Assembly (NCBI GenBank): GCA_965216875.1
Contig: OZ244207.1
Span: forward strand, 4,704,001 to 4,768,000
Direction: 5' to 3'
DNA: 64,000 nucleotides
DNA from: Rubripirellula sp.
GTDB taxonomy: Bacteria > Planctomycetota > Planctomycetia > Pirellulales > Pirellulaceae
Position 1 is the stretch's first letter; each line of letters starts with the position of its first letter. Both the position numbers and the translations under genes were made by a program. The notes beneath the pieces were generated by a model, which had not been told where the DNA came from, did not search any database, and was given only the letters and a program-made list of their open reading frames with translations. Of this stretch, positions 9,970 to 19,421 are shown in pieces.

Positions 9970-10905
9970 ATGTTAGAACGTCGATCATTGCGCGCCCCGA
10001 TCACACTAGGCGTGGTGATGATCGTGCTGGTCGTGATCCTCGCTGCAGTCTGGATCTACGGCAATCTCAAGGGAGCGATCTCCGACCCCGATTCCTCAGC
10101 CGTGTTCTGGGTCATCCTGGCCACAGGAACGATTTTGTTGGCCGGCGTGCTTGCCGGCGTGATCGCCTACCTGACGTTGACGGTCAAGGCGTTCAATCTC
10201 AATCGCCGACAATCCAATTTCATCGATTCGGTAACACATGAACTGAAGAGCCCCATCGCGTCGCTCAAGCTTTACCTGCAGACAATGTCGCGTCATTCGG
10301 TCGATCAACAACAACAGCAGGACTTTCACCGTTTCATGCTCGAAGATGTCGAGCGACTCGATTCCTTGATCAACCATTTGCTTGACGCCGCGAGAATCGA
10401 GCGGGGCGTCGAGTCGGCCGAAGTCGAACACATCCGGCTTGATGAATTGTTGGCCCAATGTGGCGTTGCCACCTGCATGCGATACCAGCTGAGCAAAGAA
10501 ACGGTTCGCGTCGATTCGCCTGAGGTCACGATCAATAGCCAACTGGTCCAGATCGAGATCCTGTTCCGCAATTTGATCGACAACGCGGTCAAGTACGGTG
10601 GCGAGCCACCCGATGTCGAGATTCGCGTTGTGCCTGACGAATCCGGAAATGTCCAGGTCTCGATCATCGACAACGGGCCTGGCATTCCGGTCAACCAACG
10701 TCGCAAAGTGTTCGGCCGCTTCGTTCGTTTGGGCAATGAGCTTGAACGAAGCACGCCGGGAACGGGACTGGGACTCTACCTCGTTCGCAACGTCACCAAA
10801 GCGATCGGCGGTACCATCCGAGTCATCGACCGCGACAATAAGTCTGGGACTGAATTCCAAGTCACGCTGCCGGGCGTCGTTCCCCAGTTGGTCCCTGAGG
10901 GATAA
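9970..10905 (+). CDS. Membrane sensor histidine kinase
   Basis: Two TMs, H-box THELKSP, N-box NLIDNAVKY, DNGPGI, GTGLGL. Confidence 0.93.
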   Translation: MLERRSLRAPITLGVVMIVLVVILAAVWIYGNLKGAISDPDSSAVFWVILATGTILLAGVLAGVIAYLTLTVKAFNLNRRQSNFIDSVTHELKSPIASLKLYLQTMSRHSVDQQQQQDFHRFMLEDVERLDSLINHLLDAARIERGVESAEVEHIRLDELLAQCGVATCMRYQLSKETVRVDSPEVTINSQLVQIEILFRNLIDNAVKYGGEPPDVEIRVVPDESGNVQVSIIDNGPGIPVNQRRKVFGRFVRLGNELERSTPGTGLGLYLVRNVTKAIGGTIRVIDRDNKSGTEFQVTLPGVVPQLVPEG

Positions 10906-10959
10906 ATTGCAGGTAGCAACATGTTCTGTTCACACTAACGGCTCAAGACCAAACCTCCC

Positions 10960-11694
10960 ATGCGTCCACACATCCTTGTTGTCGAAGATGAGAAGCATCT
11001 CGGGGTCGGTATCAAGTACAACCTGGAAGCGGAAAATTATCGCGTCACCTTGGTCGAGGATGGACCGACCGCACTGCGATTGGTCGACAATGCAAGTAGC
11101 GGCATCGACCTGATCATTCTCGATCTAATGCTTCCCGGAATGAGTGGTTACTCGGTTTGCGAAACCATTCGCGATGCCGGCATGATCGTCCCCATCTTGA
11201 TGCTTTCGGCACGAACGTTGGCCGAGGACCGAACGCGCGGATTTGATGTTGGCGCCAACCAATACATGGCCAAACCCTTCGAATTGGACGAACTGTTAAG
11301 CCGTGTCAAGAATCTGCTGCACGCCAACGGCACCAAGGCGGTTTCCTCCGCCCCCAAGCGGGTTCGTGAAAGTCTTGCCGAAGTCGAATTTGGCAATGTG
11401 AAAGCAAACTTCGAATCACACCAGGTTTGGGTCAACGGCGAATCGGTACGCATGACGCCCAAAGAATTGAAGCTGCTGAAGTACTTTGTCGAAAACCCCG
11501 ATCGCGTGATCAATCGGAACGAATTGCTGACCGAAGTCTGGGAGATCTCTGGAAACCTGCAAACCCGTGCCGTTGATCAATTCATCGCCCGGCTGCGAAA
11601 GATTATCGAACCCGACAGCGCAGCGCCGATTCATTTGTTGACGATTCGCGACGCAGGCTATCGGTTTGTTTTGTCGCCAGAAGAAGAAGCGTAG
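10960..11694 (+). CDS. OmpR/PhoB-family response regulator
   Basis: VVEDE, LDLMLPG, KPF receiver motifs; winged-helix C-terminus (RLRK.IE...TIRDAGYRF). Confidence 0.93.
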   Translation: MRPHILVVEDEKHLGVGIKYNLEAENYRVTLVEDGPTALRLVDNASSGIDLIILDLMLPGMSGYSVCETIRDAGMIVPILMLSARTLAEDRTRGFDVGANQYMAKPFELDELLSRVKNLLHANGTKAVSSAPKRVRESLAEVEFGNVKANFESHQVWVNGESVRMTPKELKLLKYFVENPDRVINRNELLTEVWEISGNLQTRAVDQFIARLRKIIEPDSAAPIHLLTIRDAGYRFVLSPEEEA

Positions 11695-11745
11695 ACGCGG
11701 ATTGTTTTGGCGTGTGCAAACACACGCGACATTCGGTCGGCGCAT

Positions 11746-11813
11746 AAAAAAAGCTCCCGGAAAGTACGTTGTCCTAGGGGGGCGGAGGACGACGCGCTTT
11801 GAATTCCGGGAGC
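11746..11813 (-). terminator. Long intrinsic terminator-like hairpin
   Basis: GCTCCCGGAA (11753-11762) pairs with TTCCGGGAGC (11804-11813), with an inner stem; A7 at 11746-11752. Confidence 0.7.
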
Positions 11814-11885
11814 CGGTGGTTTGGGGCTCGACCTGGTGAAAGCTTCCTTGCTCTCTCAAGTCGAACACACAATTTTGATGTGTCT
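11746..11885 (-). ncRNA. Candidate small regulatory RNA (three hairpins, intrinsic terminator)
   Basis: Minus strand: TTGACA (11920-11915), 18 nt, GATAAG (11896-11891); then hairpins at ~11884-11865, 11864-11828 and 11813-11753, followed by U7. Confidence 0.45.
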
Positions 11886-12140
11886 CTCTGCTTATCCGCA
11901 TTAACACGTCCGTGTGTCAACAGCGACTAAGGTTGTCCGCAGCAAATGGAAAAAATGCCAGTGCAGGACCGAGACAATCTCAACTGCCTTGTTCGCCGAA
12001 CGCTTTCACGTCCAACGATGGGCGGAGAATAGGGGGTTGGTTTTGACCCGGTCAAGGCGGATTCAATCGAAGATTAAGAATTCGAATAAAAACCGGGTTT
12101 CACGCAAATTCACCAACCCAATGGGAGCGTAGAAGGCGTG

Positions 12141-13634
12141 CTATGCGGAAACGGTTTGACCGTGCAATCGAATCGGTTCCGTTCCTTCCTCGGCAGCTTG
12201 CGCGGCGAGTTCGGTAACGCGTGAAACAACGTCTTCGAATTCTTCTTCTGCACTTGTTGGGGCCAGTCCAATGGTGACCGCGGTGTCGCTTTCCGCACCG
12301 CCAAGCTGAATCGCCGATGCCGATCGACAGATTTGTTGGGCGCGTTGCTGCGCCGTTTCTTGGTCAATGCTTGGCATGCAGATAAGCAGTGTTGCATCGT
12401 CTTCGCAGCCAATGCGATCGATCGAACGCATCGTTGCTCGAACGACTTGCAACAACGACCGCATCGCACCCTTGTCGTGTGATCCACTACGAACGGCCAT
12501 CACAAACATACTCATGTCCGGCGTCTTAGCCTGCATGTCGGTGAAAGCATCTCCGAGCGATCCACGATCGGGAAGGTAAGCAAAGGCGCCGGGATCTGCC
12601 TTTTTTGGCTCGACGTTTTCCGCCGGTTGAACCGGTGGTGGCTCGTCGACCGGAGCGGGTTCGGGCGGAGCCGCGGCCACTGGCTCGGCAGCCGGGCCAG
12701 CCAACGCTTCTTCTTCGGTCAACTCAATTTTGACGGGGTGCTCGCCGTCCATCCAGTGACCGCAATTCCTGCCAACTTCCTTGGACCGATAAAGTGCATC
12801 GTCGGCTCGTTGCAGCCATTTTTCGATCGATTCGCCTTCCTCCAACTCGGCCACACCGGCACAGCAGGCGACACGCAATCGCTTGTCTTCGAACTGAATG
12901 TCTCGTTGTCCGATGGCGATACGTGCAGCTTCGACAAGGTCTTTGGCCTGGTCGACCGTATAACCGTCGAGGATCACGGCGAATTCTTCACCGCCAAATC
13001 GCGCAACCAAACCATACGATTGCAGGCGAGCCTGCATGACCTTGGCAACAACACGTAAGACTTCGTCACCAGCCCGGTGACCATACACGTCGTTGAATTG
13101 TTTGAAGTGGTCGACGTCGAGCAATGCCAGCGTGCCAGCCTTGCCAGCGCCCATCGAGTGCCGTTTTTGCAGATGTCCATCAAAAGCACCGCGGTTCGGA
13201 ACGCGTGTCAGCGCGTCGGTTTGTGCACGCCGCTCGGCCGATTCAATTTGAACCGCCTGCTCGTGAATCTGATCTTGCGCCGACTGCAGTTGTTGCTGCA
13301 TCGTTTCGTTCGCTTCAATCAACTGATTGACCGCAGTCAAAACGGCTTCGGGCGAAGCGGAGTTGTCGTCACACAATGTGTTATTGACGGCTTGGACGCG
13401 TGTTTGGTGAGCATCAACGTCGGCGGCCATGGCAACCGCATAGCTACGCAAACGCTCCGCCACTTCCGAGATTCGTTTCGGATTGACGTCTTCTTCGGTC
13501 TCTCGTCCTGCGATCGATGCCGCAGCGTTCTTGACCAATCGATGGTTCCCATGACCACCAATCGCATGCATGATCCAGCCGCAAACGAGTCCACCGCCGC
13601 CACAGCTCATCGCGATTGCCAAATCAAGCCACAT
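12141..13634 (-). CDS. Diguanylate cyclase (active GGEEF domain plus C-terminal degenerate GGDEF)
   Basis: N-terminal TM, coiled coil, TDALTRVPNR, DVDHFKQFNDVYGHRAGD, RFGGEEF, ADDALYRSK; second GGDEF-like region after a Pro-rich linker. Confidence 0.92.
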   Translation of the reverse strand: MWLDLAIAMSCGGGGLVCGWIMHAIGGHGNHRLVKNAAASIAGRETEEDVNPKRISEVAERLRSYAVAMAADVDAHQTRVQAVNNTLCDDNSASPEAVLTAVNQLIEANETMQQQLQSAQDQIHEQAVQIESAERRAQTDALTRVPNRGAFDGHLQKRHSMGAGKAGTLALLDVDHFKQFNDVYGHRAGDEVLRVVAKVMQARLQSYGLVARFGGEEFAVILDGYTVDQAKDLVEAARIAIGQRDIQFEDKRLRVACCAGVAELEEGESIEKWLQRADDALYRSKEVGRNCGHWMDGEHPVKIELTEEEALAGPAAEPVAAAPPEPAPVDEPPPVQPAENVEPKKADPGAFAYLPDRGSLGDAFTDMQAKTPDMSMFVMAVRSGSHDKGAMRSLLQVVRATMRSIDRIGCEDDATLLICMPSIDQETAQQRAQQICRSASAIQLGGAESDTAVTIGLAPTSAEEEFEDVVSRVTELAAQAAEEGTEPIRLHGQTVSA

Positions 13635-14099
13635 TTCTTGCTCACAACTCTTCAGTTAATCATCGGCAGACCCCACACAACGGGGACCCACTAGCGTCAT
13701 ATAGGTCACGTCAGAGTGTGCCGCCGCAAAAAACGTCGCTCGCATACCTCTGGTGTCGGTTTTTGACCACGCCAAAGCCGCTGAAACCGCGACAATCGAT
13801 ACAACCAAGCTCAACAAGCAGGGCGGAACACGCTTCCCATGCAATTAATGACAGCAATGCATTGACAGGCGGGCATGTTTGATAGTCCAGATCGCCGTGA
13901 CATGTGTTTTGCCTTTCCTTGACACTCACCCTGCGGCCATTCGCTTTGGTGTGCGTTTGACCTCACCGAAGTGGCTTGAGAGGAAGGCAAGAATCCACAT
14001 AGGCAAAAATCAACCAATGTGTGATATTGGATGCAGCGATGCGCTGTACAATCACGCGACGCCCCATCCTTCTTGAACAACAAGAACGGAGTACTACGG

Positions 14100-14333
14100 A
14101 TGATGAGCACAACGATGGAATCGACCTACCACCAGGATATCGCTCAAGCTGCCACGGAAGTCCTCGCCAACAGCCCGATCAATGAGCTGCGTCAATTGCG
14201 AGTCGACGGCACCGATGATGGAATCACTTTGAGCGGTCACGTTCGCAGCTTCTACCACAAACAAGTCGCTCAGGAATCGATTCGTTCGGTTGCCAACGGC
14301 GCACAAGTGGTGAACCTGGTCGCGGTCGGCTAG
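14100..14333 (+). CDS. Small BON-domain protein
   Basis: LRVDGTDDGITLSGHVRSFYHKQVAQE...VVNLVAV; GGAG RBS before ATG 14100. Confidence 0.82.
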   Translation: MMSTTMESTYHQDIAQAATEVLANSPINELRQLRVDGTDDGITLSGHVRSFYHKQVAQESIRSVANGAQVVNLVAVG

Positions 14334-14374
14334 CGTGCCCAACGACGTAACGTACTCTTCACCTCCTCTTGGCC

Positions 14375-14644
14375 TGAGCCGAACGTGCTAGCGTCGGGTC
14401 CCTCTGAGATGCGCAAGACGAGGTAAGGCCAAGCCGCGCCGTTTGTAGTCCAGCCTTTAGGCGGTTGGTGAGAAGATTCCGGCTAAAGCTCGGTACTACG
14501 AACGAGCCACTCAACGAATCGCAGCCTTGCCGCATGGTACGCACTCTTGGCCTGAGCCGTACGCGCTAGCGTCGGGCCCCACAGAGATGCGCTAGACGGT
14601 TAAGGCCCGACGCTAGCGCGTTCGGCTCACGAGAGCGTAGCTAC
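14375..14644. repeat. REP cluster: family A at 14375(+), 14553(+), 14604(-); family C doublet 14438-14503; partial family B
   Basis: Near-identical to copies at 42940-43004 and to the other family A copies. Confidence 0.88.
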
Positions 14645-14692
14645 GATGAGTAAATGGCCTGGCCGCTTACGCGAACGCGGCTCAAAGTGTTC

Positions 14693-15946
14693 CTACCGGC
14701 GCCGACGCGAAACCTTGCGGAACATTGGATTGAGCTTTTTCTTTGTCGTCTTTTCGCCATCGTCGCTCGGAGCGGGCTGGACTGGCGCGGGAACGGACTC
14801 AAACCCGTCGATTGAGTCGCGGACGAGTTCGCGATTGATTCGCTGTTCAATACTCGTCAAGACTTCACCTTCGCCCGGGACGACGAACGTGAATGCAATT
14901 CCTTCGCGCCCCATTCGTCCGGTCCGCCCGACGCGGTGCACATAGTCGTCGCAGTCCTGCGGAACGTCGTAGTTGATGATGTGCGAAATCGTGCTGATGT
15001 CGATCCCACGTCCCACCACATCGGTTGCGACCAAGATCTTGAGTTTTCGATCGCGAAGTTTCTGTAGCACGCGATCACGTTCGCGCTGCTGCATGTCGCC
15101 ATGCATGCTGCCACAGTTGTCGTAGGTGTGCGACAACTGACGATACAGTCGGTCGGTCCCACGCTTGGTTCGGCAAAAGATGATCGCTTGCTCGGGTTGC
15201 TCACGTTCAAGCAGGTGATCGAGCAACTCGCCCTTACGATCCTGGGCAACGGTAAAGTAGCGTTGCTCGATCGTTTCGACTGCCATTTCGTTCTTGCAGC
15301 AATCGATCACTTCTGGATTCATCATGTACGATTCAGCCAACCGGCGGACTTGCGGCGGCAGCGTTGCCGAAAGCAGCAACGTTTGTCGCTGACGCGGGCA
15401 ACGGCGCAGGATGCGTTCGATCTGAGGCCGGAAACCGATATCGAGCATTCGGTCCGCCTCATCGAGTACAACGCACCAAACGTCGTCGGTCCGCAATGAG
15501 CCTCGTTGCAGATGGTCTTGCAGACGTCCTGGCGTCCCGACAACCATCTGGACGCCGTTATTAAGTTGTCGAAGCTGGCGCGTGATGTTCTTGCCACCGG
15601 CAAGCACAGCGATCTCCGTCGAAACTCCCACCGCAAGTCGTTCAGCTTCTCGCCCAACTTGGTCGGCAAGTTCGCGCGTCGGAACCACAACGATTGCCTG
15701 GGGATCCCGACAGTCCTCGAGCGAATCGAGCTGCTCTAGAATCGGAATCGAAAAGGCTGCTGTCTTTCCTGTTCCTGTCCTGGCTTGGCCAATCACATCA
15801 AGGCCATCGAGGGCCAGCGGAATCAGGCTGGCTTGAATCGGCGAAGGCTTGGAGAATCCAGCCTTCTTGAGGGCGCGTCGCATGACGGGAGAGAGATCCA
15901 GTTCGTCAAACGACTCCATACTCAGGTCTTGGTCATCTTTATTCAT
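14693..15946 (-). CDS. DEAD-box RNA helicase
   Basis: Q motif PSPIQ, ARTGTGKT, PTRELA, GTPGR, DEAD, SAT, HRVGRTGR. Start 15946 or 15919. Confidence 0.95.
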   Translation of the reverse strand: MNKDDQDLSMESFDELDLSPVMRRALKKAGFSKPSPIQASLIPLALDGLDVIGQARTGTGKTAAFSIPILEQLDSLEDCRDPQAIVVVPTRELADQVGREAERLAVGVSTEIAVLAGGKNITRQLRQLNNGVQMVVGTPGRLQDHLQRGSLRTDDVWCVVLDEADRMLDIGFRPQIERILRRCPRQRQTLLLSATLPPQVRRLAESYMMNPEVIDCCKNEMAVETIEQRYFTVAQDRKGELLDHLLEREQPEQAIIFCRTKRGTDRLYRQLSHTYDNCGSMHGDMQQRERDRVLQKLRDRKLKILVATDVVGRGIDISTISHIINYDVPQDCDDYVHRVGRTGRMGREGIAFTFVVPGEGEVLTSIEQRINRELVRDSIDGFESVPAPVQPAPSDDGEKTTKKKLNPMFRKVSRRRR

Positions 15947-16163
15947 GCCGGGAAGTGTAACGCCTGGCCCCATTTCGGGCCATCACCGCCGAAATGTTCT
16001 CGCCATCGAGGTGTCGCCGCCAGTCGCACCGCCGGTGTCGTAGCCACTTTCGCCTGAAGGTGGTTCGCCGATCGCCACCCGTCCCACAATCGCCCGTCCC
16101 ACAATCGACGTGCGTCGCTACGGTGACCAGCCCCCTATCACAGCTCCGGTTCCGTCAGATGCG

Positions 16164-17462
16164 TCAACTCTCGGCGGTTTTCCGCGAACGTTCTTTCACG
16201 ACGCTGATCAGCTCGTCGACCAAAACGCTCAAAAGCAACGCGCCACCGATGATCACAAGCTCCCATTCCTGGGAAATTCCCAGCATGTTGATTGCCTTGT
16301 AGAGACTACGCATAACCGCAGTTCCTGCCAGGACGCCGATCACCGCACCGCGGCCACCGCGAAGCGAGCATCCCCCCAGAACGGCCGCTGCAATCGCGTA
16401 GAGTTCGTAAAACGTCCCCGTCGAAGAAGGTTGGACGACGTTCAAATCGAGCGTGAAGAGGATCCCGACCAAACCAGCCAGGACCGCGCTGACAACATAG
16501 GCAAGCGTGGTCAACCCGGCAGTATTCACTCCGCTATAGCGTGCCGCCTGCTCGTTTTCTCCTGTGGCGAGTAGATGACGTCCCCAGACGGTCCGATTGA
16601 GAAAGAACCAGCCGCAGACTGTGACAAGCCCCAACAGAACTCCGATGACCGGAAAATCGATCCACACCAGATCGAATGGCCCCTCGGTCTCCCCCGACGC
16701 GTAGCCGATCAACGGGAGTGGGAATTCGAAGGCCGCGCCGGTCCAGAATGCCTTGAATTCAGCCAGGTGGTTTTCGAAACCATATTGTTTTTCACCCGTC
16801 CAGACGCGTGCCACGCCTCGGTAGATCAATAGACCACAGAGAGTCACGACAAACGGCTGAAGCCGCGCGTAGGTGATCAGGATTCCGTGCAGCCAACCGA
16901 TCAACGCCGAAAACACCAACACGGCCAAACAGGCCAACCATGGGTTGGTGTAGAGCGTCTTGACATGGCTGACCGCCATCCCAGGTTTGAGTTGCCGCAC
17001 CGATTCGGCCGACTCAATCCAAACTTGGCCGTCCGATTCCACCGTACCGATCACGTTCAGCGATGCCGCCTTGTGCATTCCTTCGTAAGCCAGCTGGTCT
17101 CCAGGCGCAATGTCGGGCGGTATCTCTTTAAGACGAACGACATCCTCTTCAAAGGGGTCCTCCTTCGACTCGGATGCGCGGACAACCTGGACAATTTCAC
17201 TTTGAAACCCAGTCGGCTCATGCCGGATGTTGACCACGGCGACCAACATGACGCCCGAGAGCGCGATCAACGATCCGATGGAAAGATCGATTCCACCGGT
17301 GATGATCACGACGGCAACGCCAATCGAGATCAGCCCATAAAAACTGGTATCGCGAATCAGTGTCTTGATGTTCGCCGCCGACACGAAGCTGCCGTTAAAC
17401 GCAGTGACTCCGATCACGATCGCGATCAACAATAAGAAGATGCCGATGTTCTTCAGTTGCAC
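16164..17462 (-). CDS. Monosaccharide ABC transporter permease (RbsC-like) with soluble insertion
   Basis: GGIDLSIGS, LQPFVVTL, GENEQAARYSGV, YELYAIAAAVLGGCSL.GG motifs. Confidence 0.92.
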   Translation of the reverse strand: MQLKNIGIFLLLIAIVIGVTAFNGSFVSAANIKTLIRDTSFYGLISIGVAVVIITGGIDLSIGSLIALSGVMLVAVVNIRHEPTGFQSEIVQVVRASESKEDPFEEDVVRLKEIPPDIAPGDQLAYEGMHKAASLNVIGTVESDGQVWIESAESVRQLKPGMAVSHVKTLYTNPWLACLAVLVFSALIGWLHGILITYARLQPFVVTLCGLLIYRGVARVWTGEKQYGFENHLAEFKAFWTGAAFEFPLPLIGYASGETEGPFDLVWIDFPVIGVLLGLVTVCGWFFLNRTVWGRHLLATGENEQAARYSGVNTAGLTTLAYVVSAVLAGLVGILFTLDLNVVQPSSTGTFYELYAIAAAVLGGCSLRGGRGAVIGVLAGTAVMRSLYKAINMLGISQEWELVIIGGALLLSVLVDELISVVKERSRKTAES

Positions 17463-17531
17463 GTTTCAATTCCCATGGGCTGGATCGACGCATGATTGTG
17501 GTGCCGTCGATCGCATTTCTGATTGAGCGAC

Positions 17532-19073
17532 TCAAGCGTCGGTTGACGACTCCATGCCAACGGCAAGACGCATGATTGCTTCTTCATTCAACTCATCCGC
17601 ACTTAATTCACCGGAAATCCGATTGTCGTGCATCACCAGCACTCGATCCGCCAAGGCGAGCACTTCCTCCATCTCGCTACTGACAAACAGAATCGCCAAT
17701 CCTTCGCTTGAAAGTCGATCCAGCAGGTTATAGATCTCTTGCTTGGCGCCAACGTCCACGCCGCGCGTTGGTTCATCCAACATCAACACGGTTGGCTTGC
17801 GTACCAGCCACTTGCCCAACGCAATCTTCTGTTGGTTTCCGCCCGAGAGATTGGCAATGGTGGTTTGCTGCGAAGCCGTTTTGACTGACAGACTCTCGAT
17901 CATCTCGGCGGTCGTTTCTCGTTGCCATTTCGGATCGAGCCACGGAGCCGAATTGGCGTCTGACATCGCTGCAACGGTCGCGTTTTCGCGCACGGTCGAT
18001 TCGATCAACAATCCTGTTTGTTTGCGATCCTCGGGCACGAGCCCAAGTCCCGCCGAGATTGCGGCGCGGCAACGTCCAATCGGTAACGCTTGGCCGTTCA
18101 CCTTGATCGTTCCAGTGGCTGGATGCCGAATGCCAAAAATCGACTCCAGCAATTCGCTGCGACCCGATCCAACCAATCCGGCGATCCCAACAACCTCGCC
18201 CGCTCTCAGTTCCAGATCGATGGGCGCCGAGTCGTGTTCGATTCGCAAGTCCGAAACGCTCAACCGTAAATCGCCAACTTGCTGCGGCTCACGCTGATAC
18301 AACCGATCGACGTCTCTTCCCACCATCGCCGAGACCATGGCGTCGTGGTTGATTTGGTCGCCCAAGAGTTGTCCGGCGTTGCAACCGTCACGCAGGACCT
18401 CGACGCGCTGACACAGCCGGACGATCTCGCCAAGACGGTGCGAGATATAAACCACGCTGACATTGTCTTGCTTCAAAGAGTCGACAACCTCAAAAAGCTG
18501 TTCCGCCTCTCGAGTACTCAAACTGCTTGTCGGTTCATCCATGATGATGACCGACGCGTTGGTCGAGAGTGCTTTGGCAACTTCGACCAACTGACGAGCC
18601 GCGGTGGGCAACGTCCCCAATTCGGTTTGCGGTGCAATGTTGAGCCCAACTCGCGTCAGGTGTTTCGAGGCTTGCTCGGCCATTTGACGGCGGTCGACGA
18701 AACCGAAACGACTTGGCTCGCGACCGAGAAAAACGTTTTCCGCAACGCTTAGATGCTCGTGCAGATTGAGCTCTTGATGAATCAACGCGATCCCTGCCGA
18801 CATGGCTGCGTTCGGATTCGAAAAACGAACTTCTTGACCGTCGACGACAAGGGTGCCGGAGTCTGGACCTTGGATGCCGGCCAAGATCTTCATTAACGTG
18901 CTTTTGCCGGCACCATTTTCGCCAATCAACCCGAGGGTTTCGCCCGGCATCACCTGCAGGGAAACATTGTCGAGTGCCAACACGCCAGGAAAACGCTTGG
19001 TGATGCTCTGCACTTGCAAACGCGCGCCGCGGTCAGTCGAGTCAGACGGCGATGCGGTCGAGGCTGCGGACAT
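17532..19073 (-). CDS. Monosaccharide ABC transporter ATP-binding protein (RbsA-like, double NBD)
   Basis: GENGAGKSTL, IHQEL, MDEPT, VPEDRK, LSGGNQQK, DEPTRGVDVGAK. Confidence 0.94.
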   Translation of the reverse strand: MSAASTASPSDSTDRGARLQVQSITKRFPGVLALDNVSLQVMPGETLGLIGENGAGKSTLMKILAGIQGPDSGTLVVDGQEVRFSNPNAAMSAGIALIHQELNLHEHLSVAENVFLGREPSRFGFVDRRQMAEQASKHLTRVGLNIAPQTELGTLPTAARQLVEVAKALSTNASVIIMDEPTSSLSTREAEQLFEVVDSLKQDNVSVVYISHRLGEIVRLCQRVEVLRDGCNAGQLLGDQINHDAMVSAMVGRDVDRLYQREPQQVGDLRLSVSDLRIEHDSAPIDLELRAGEVVGIAGLVGSGRSELLESIFGIRHPATGTIKVNGQALPIGRCRAAISAGLGLVPEDRKQTGLLIESTVRENATVAAMSDANSAPWLDPKWQRETTAEMIESLSVKTASQQTTIANLSGGNQQKIALGKWLVRKPTVLMLDEPTRGVDVGAKQEIYNLLDRLSSEGLAILFVSSEMEEVLALADRVLVMHDNRISGELSADELNEEAIMRLAVGMESSTDA

Positions 19074-19421
19074 GCGTGGAAAGGATTCCGGGTCGGGCAA
19101 AGTGTGACGAGCGTGAGGATTCGCACGGCTGGGCGACGGTCGTGGCCAGGAAACTCAAAAGGGGTGTCAGCTGCCAAACGAACCGTCAGCGAGCGGGCCA
19201 GACAGTCTAACTCGATCGATTGGCAATGGATATGTCGCGGCACCCGACGGGCTGCACCCCACGATGGCCCCGTCATGACCGTCACAGGAGGCATGTTGCG
19301 TCACCATCAGCATGATTTGCAACGGCTGGATCGACATTTCATAGGAGCTTGCCTGTGCCTTAGACGATCTGGATCACGAGGTATTGCGCCGCAATCCAAC
19401 CATCCACCGGTGGAGAAACCC

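Noticed and set aside
19014..19421. N-terminal extensions given by the ORF track (kinase; also 32152, 46814-47179, 51471, 60406-60468)
   Set aside because: They overlap neighbouring genes or repeats, have non-protein-like composition, and better RBS-linked starts lie downstream.
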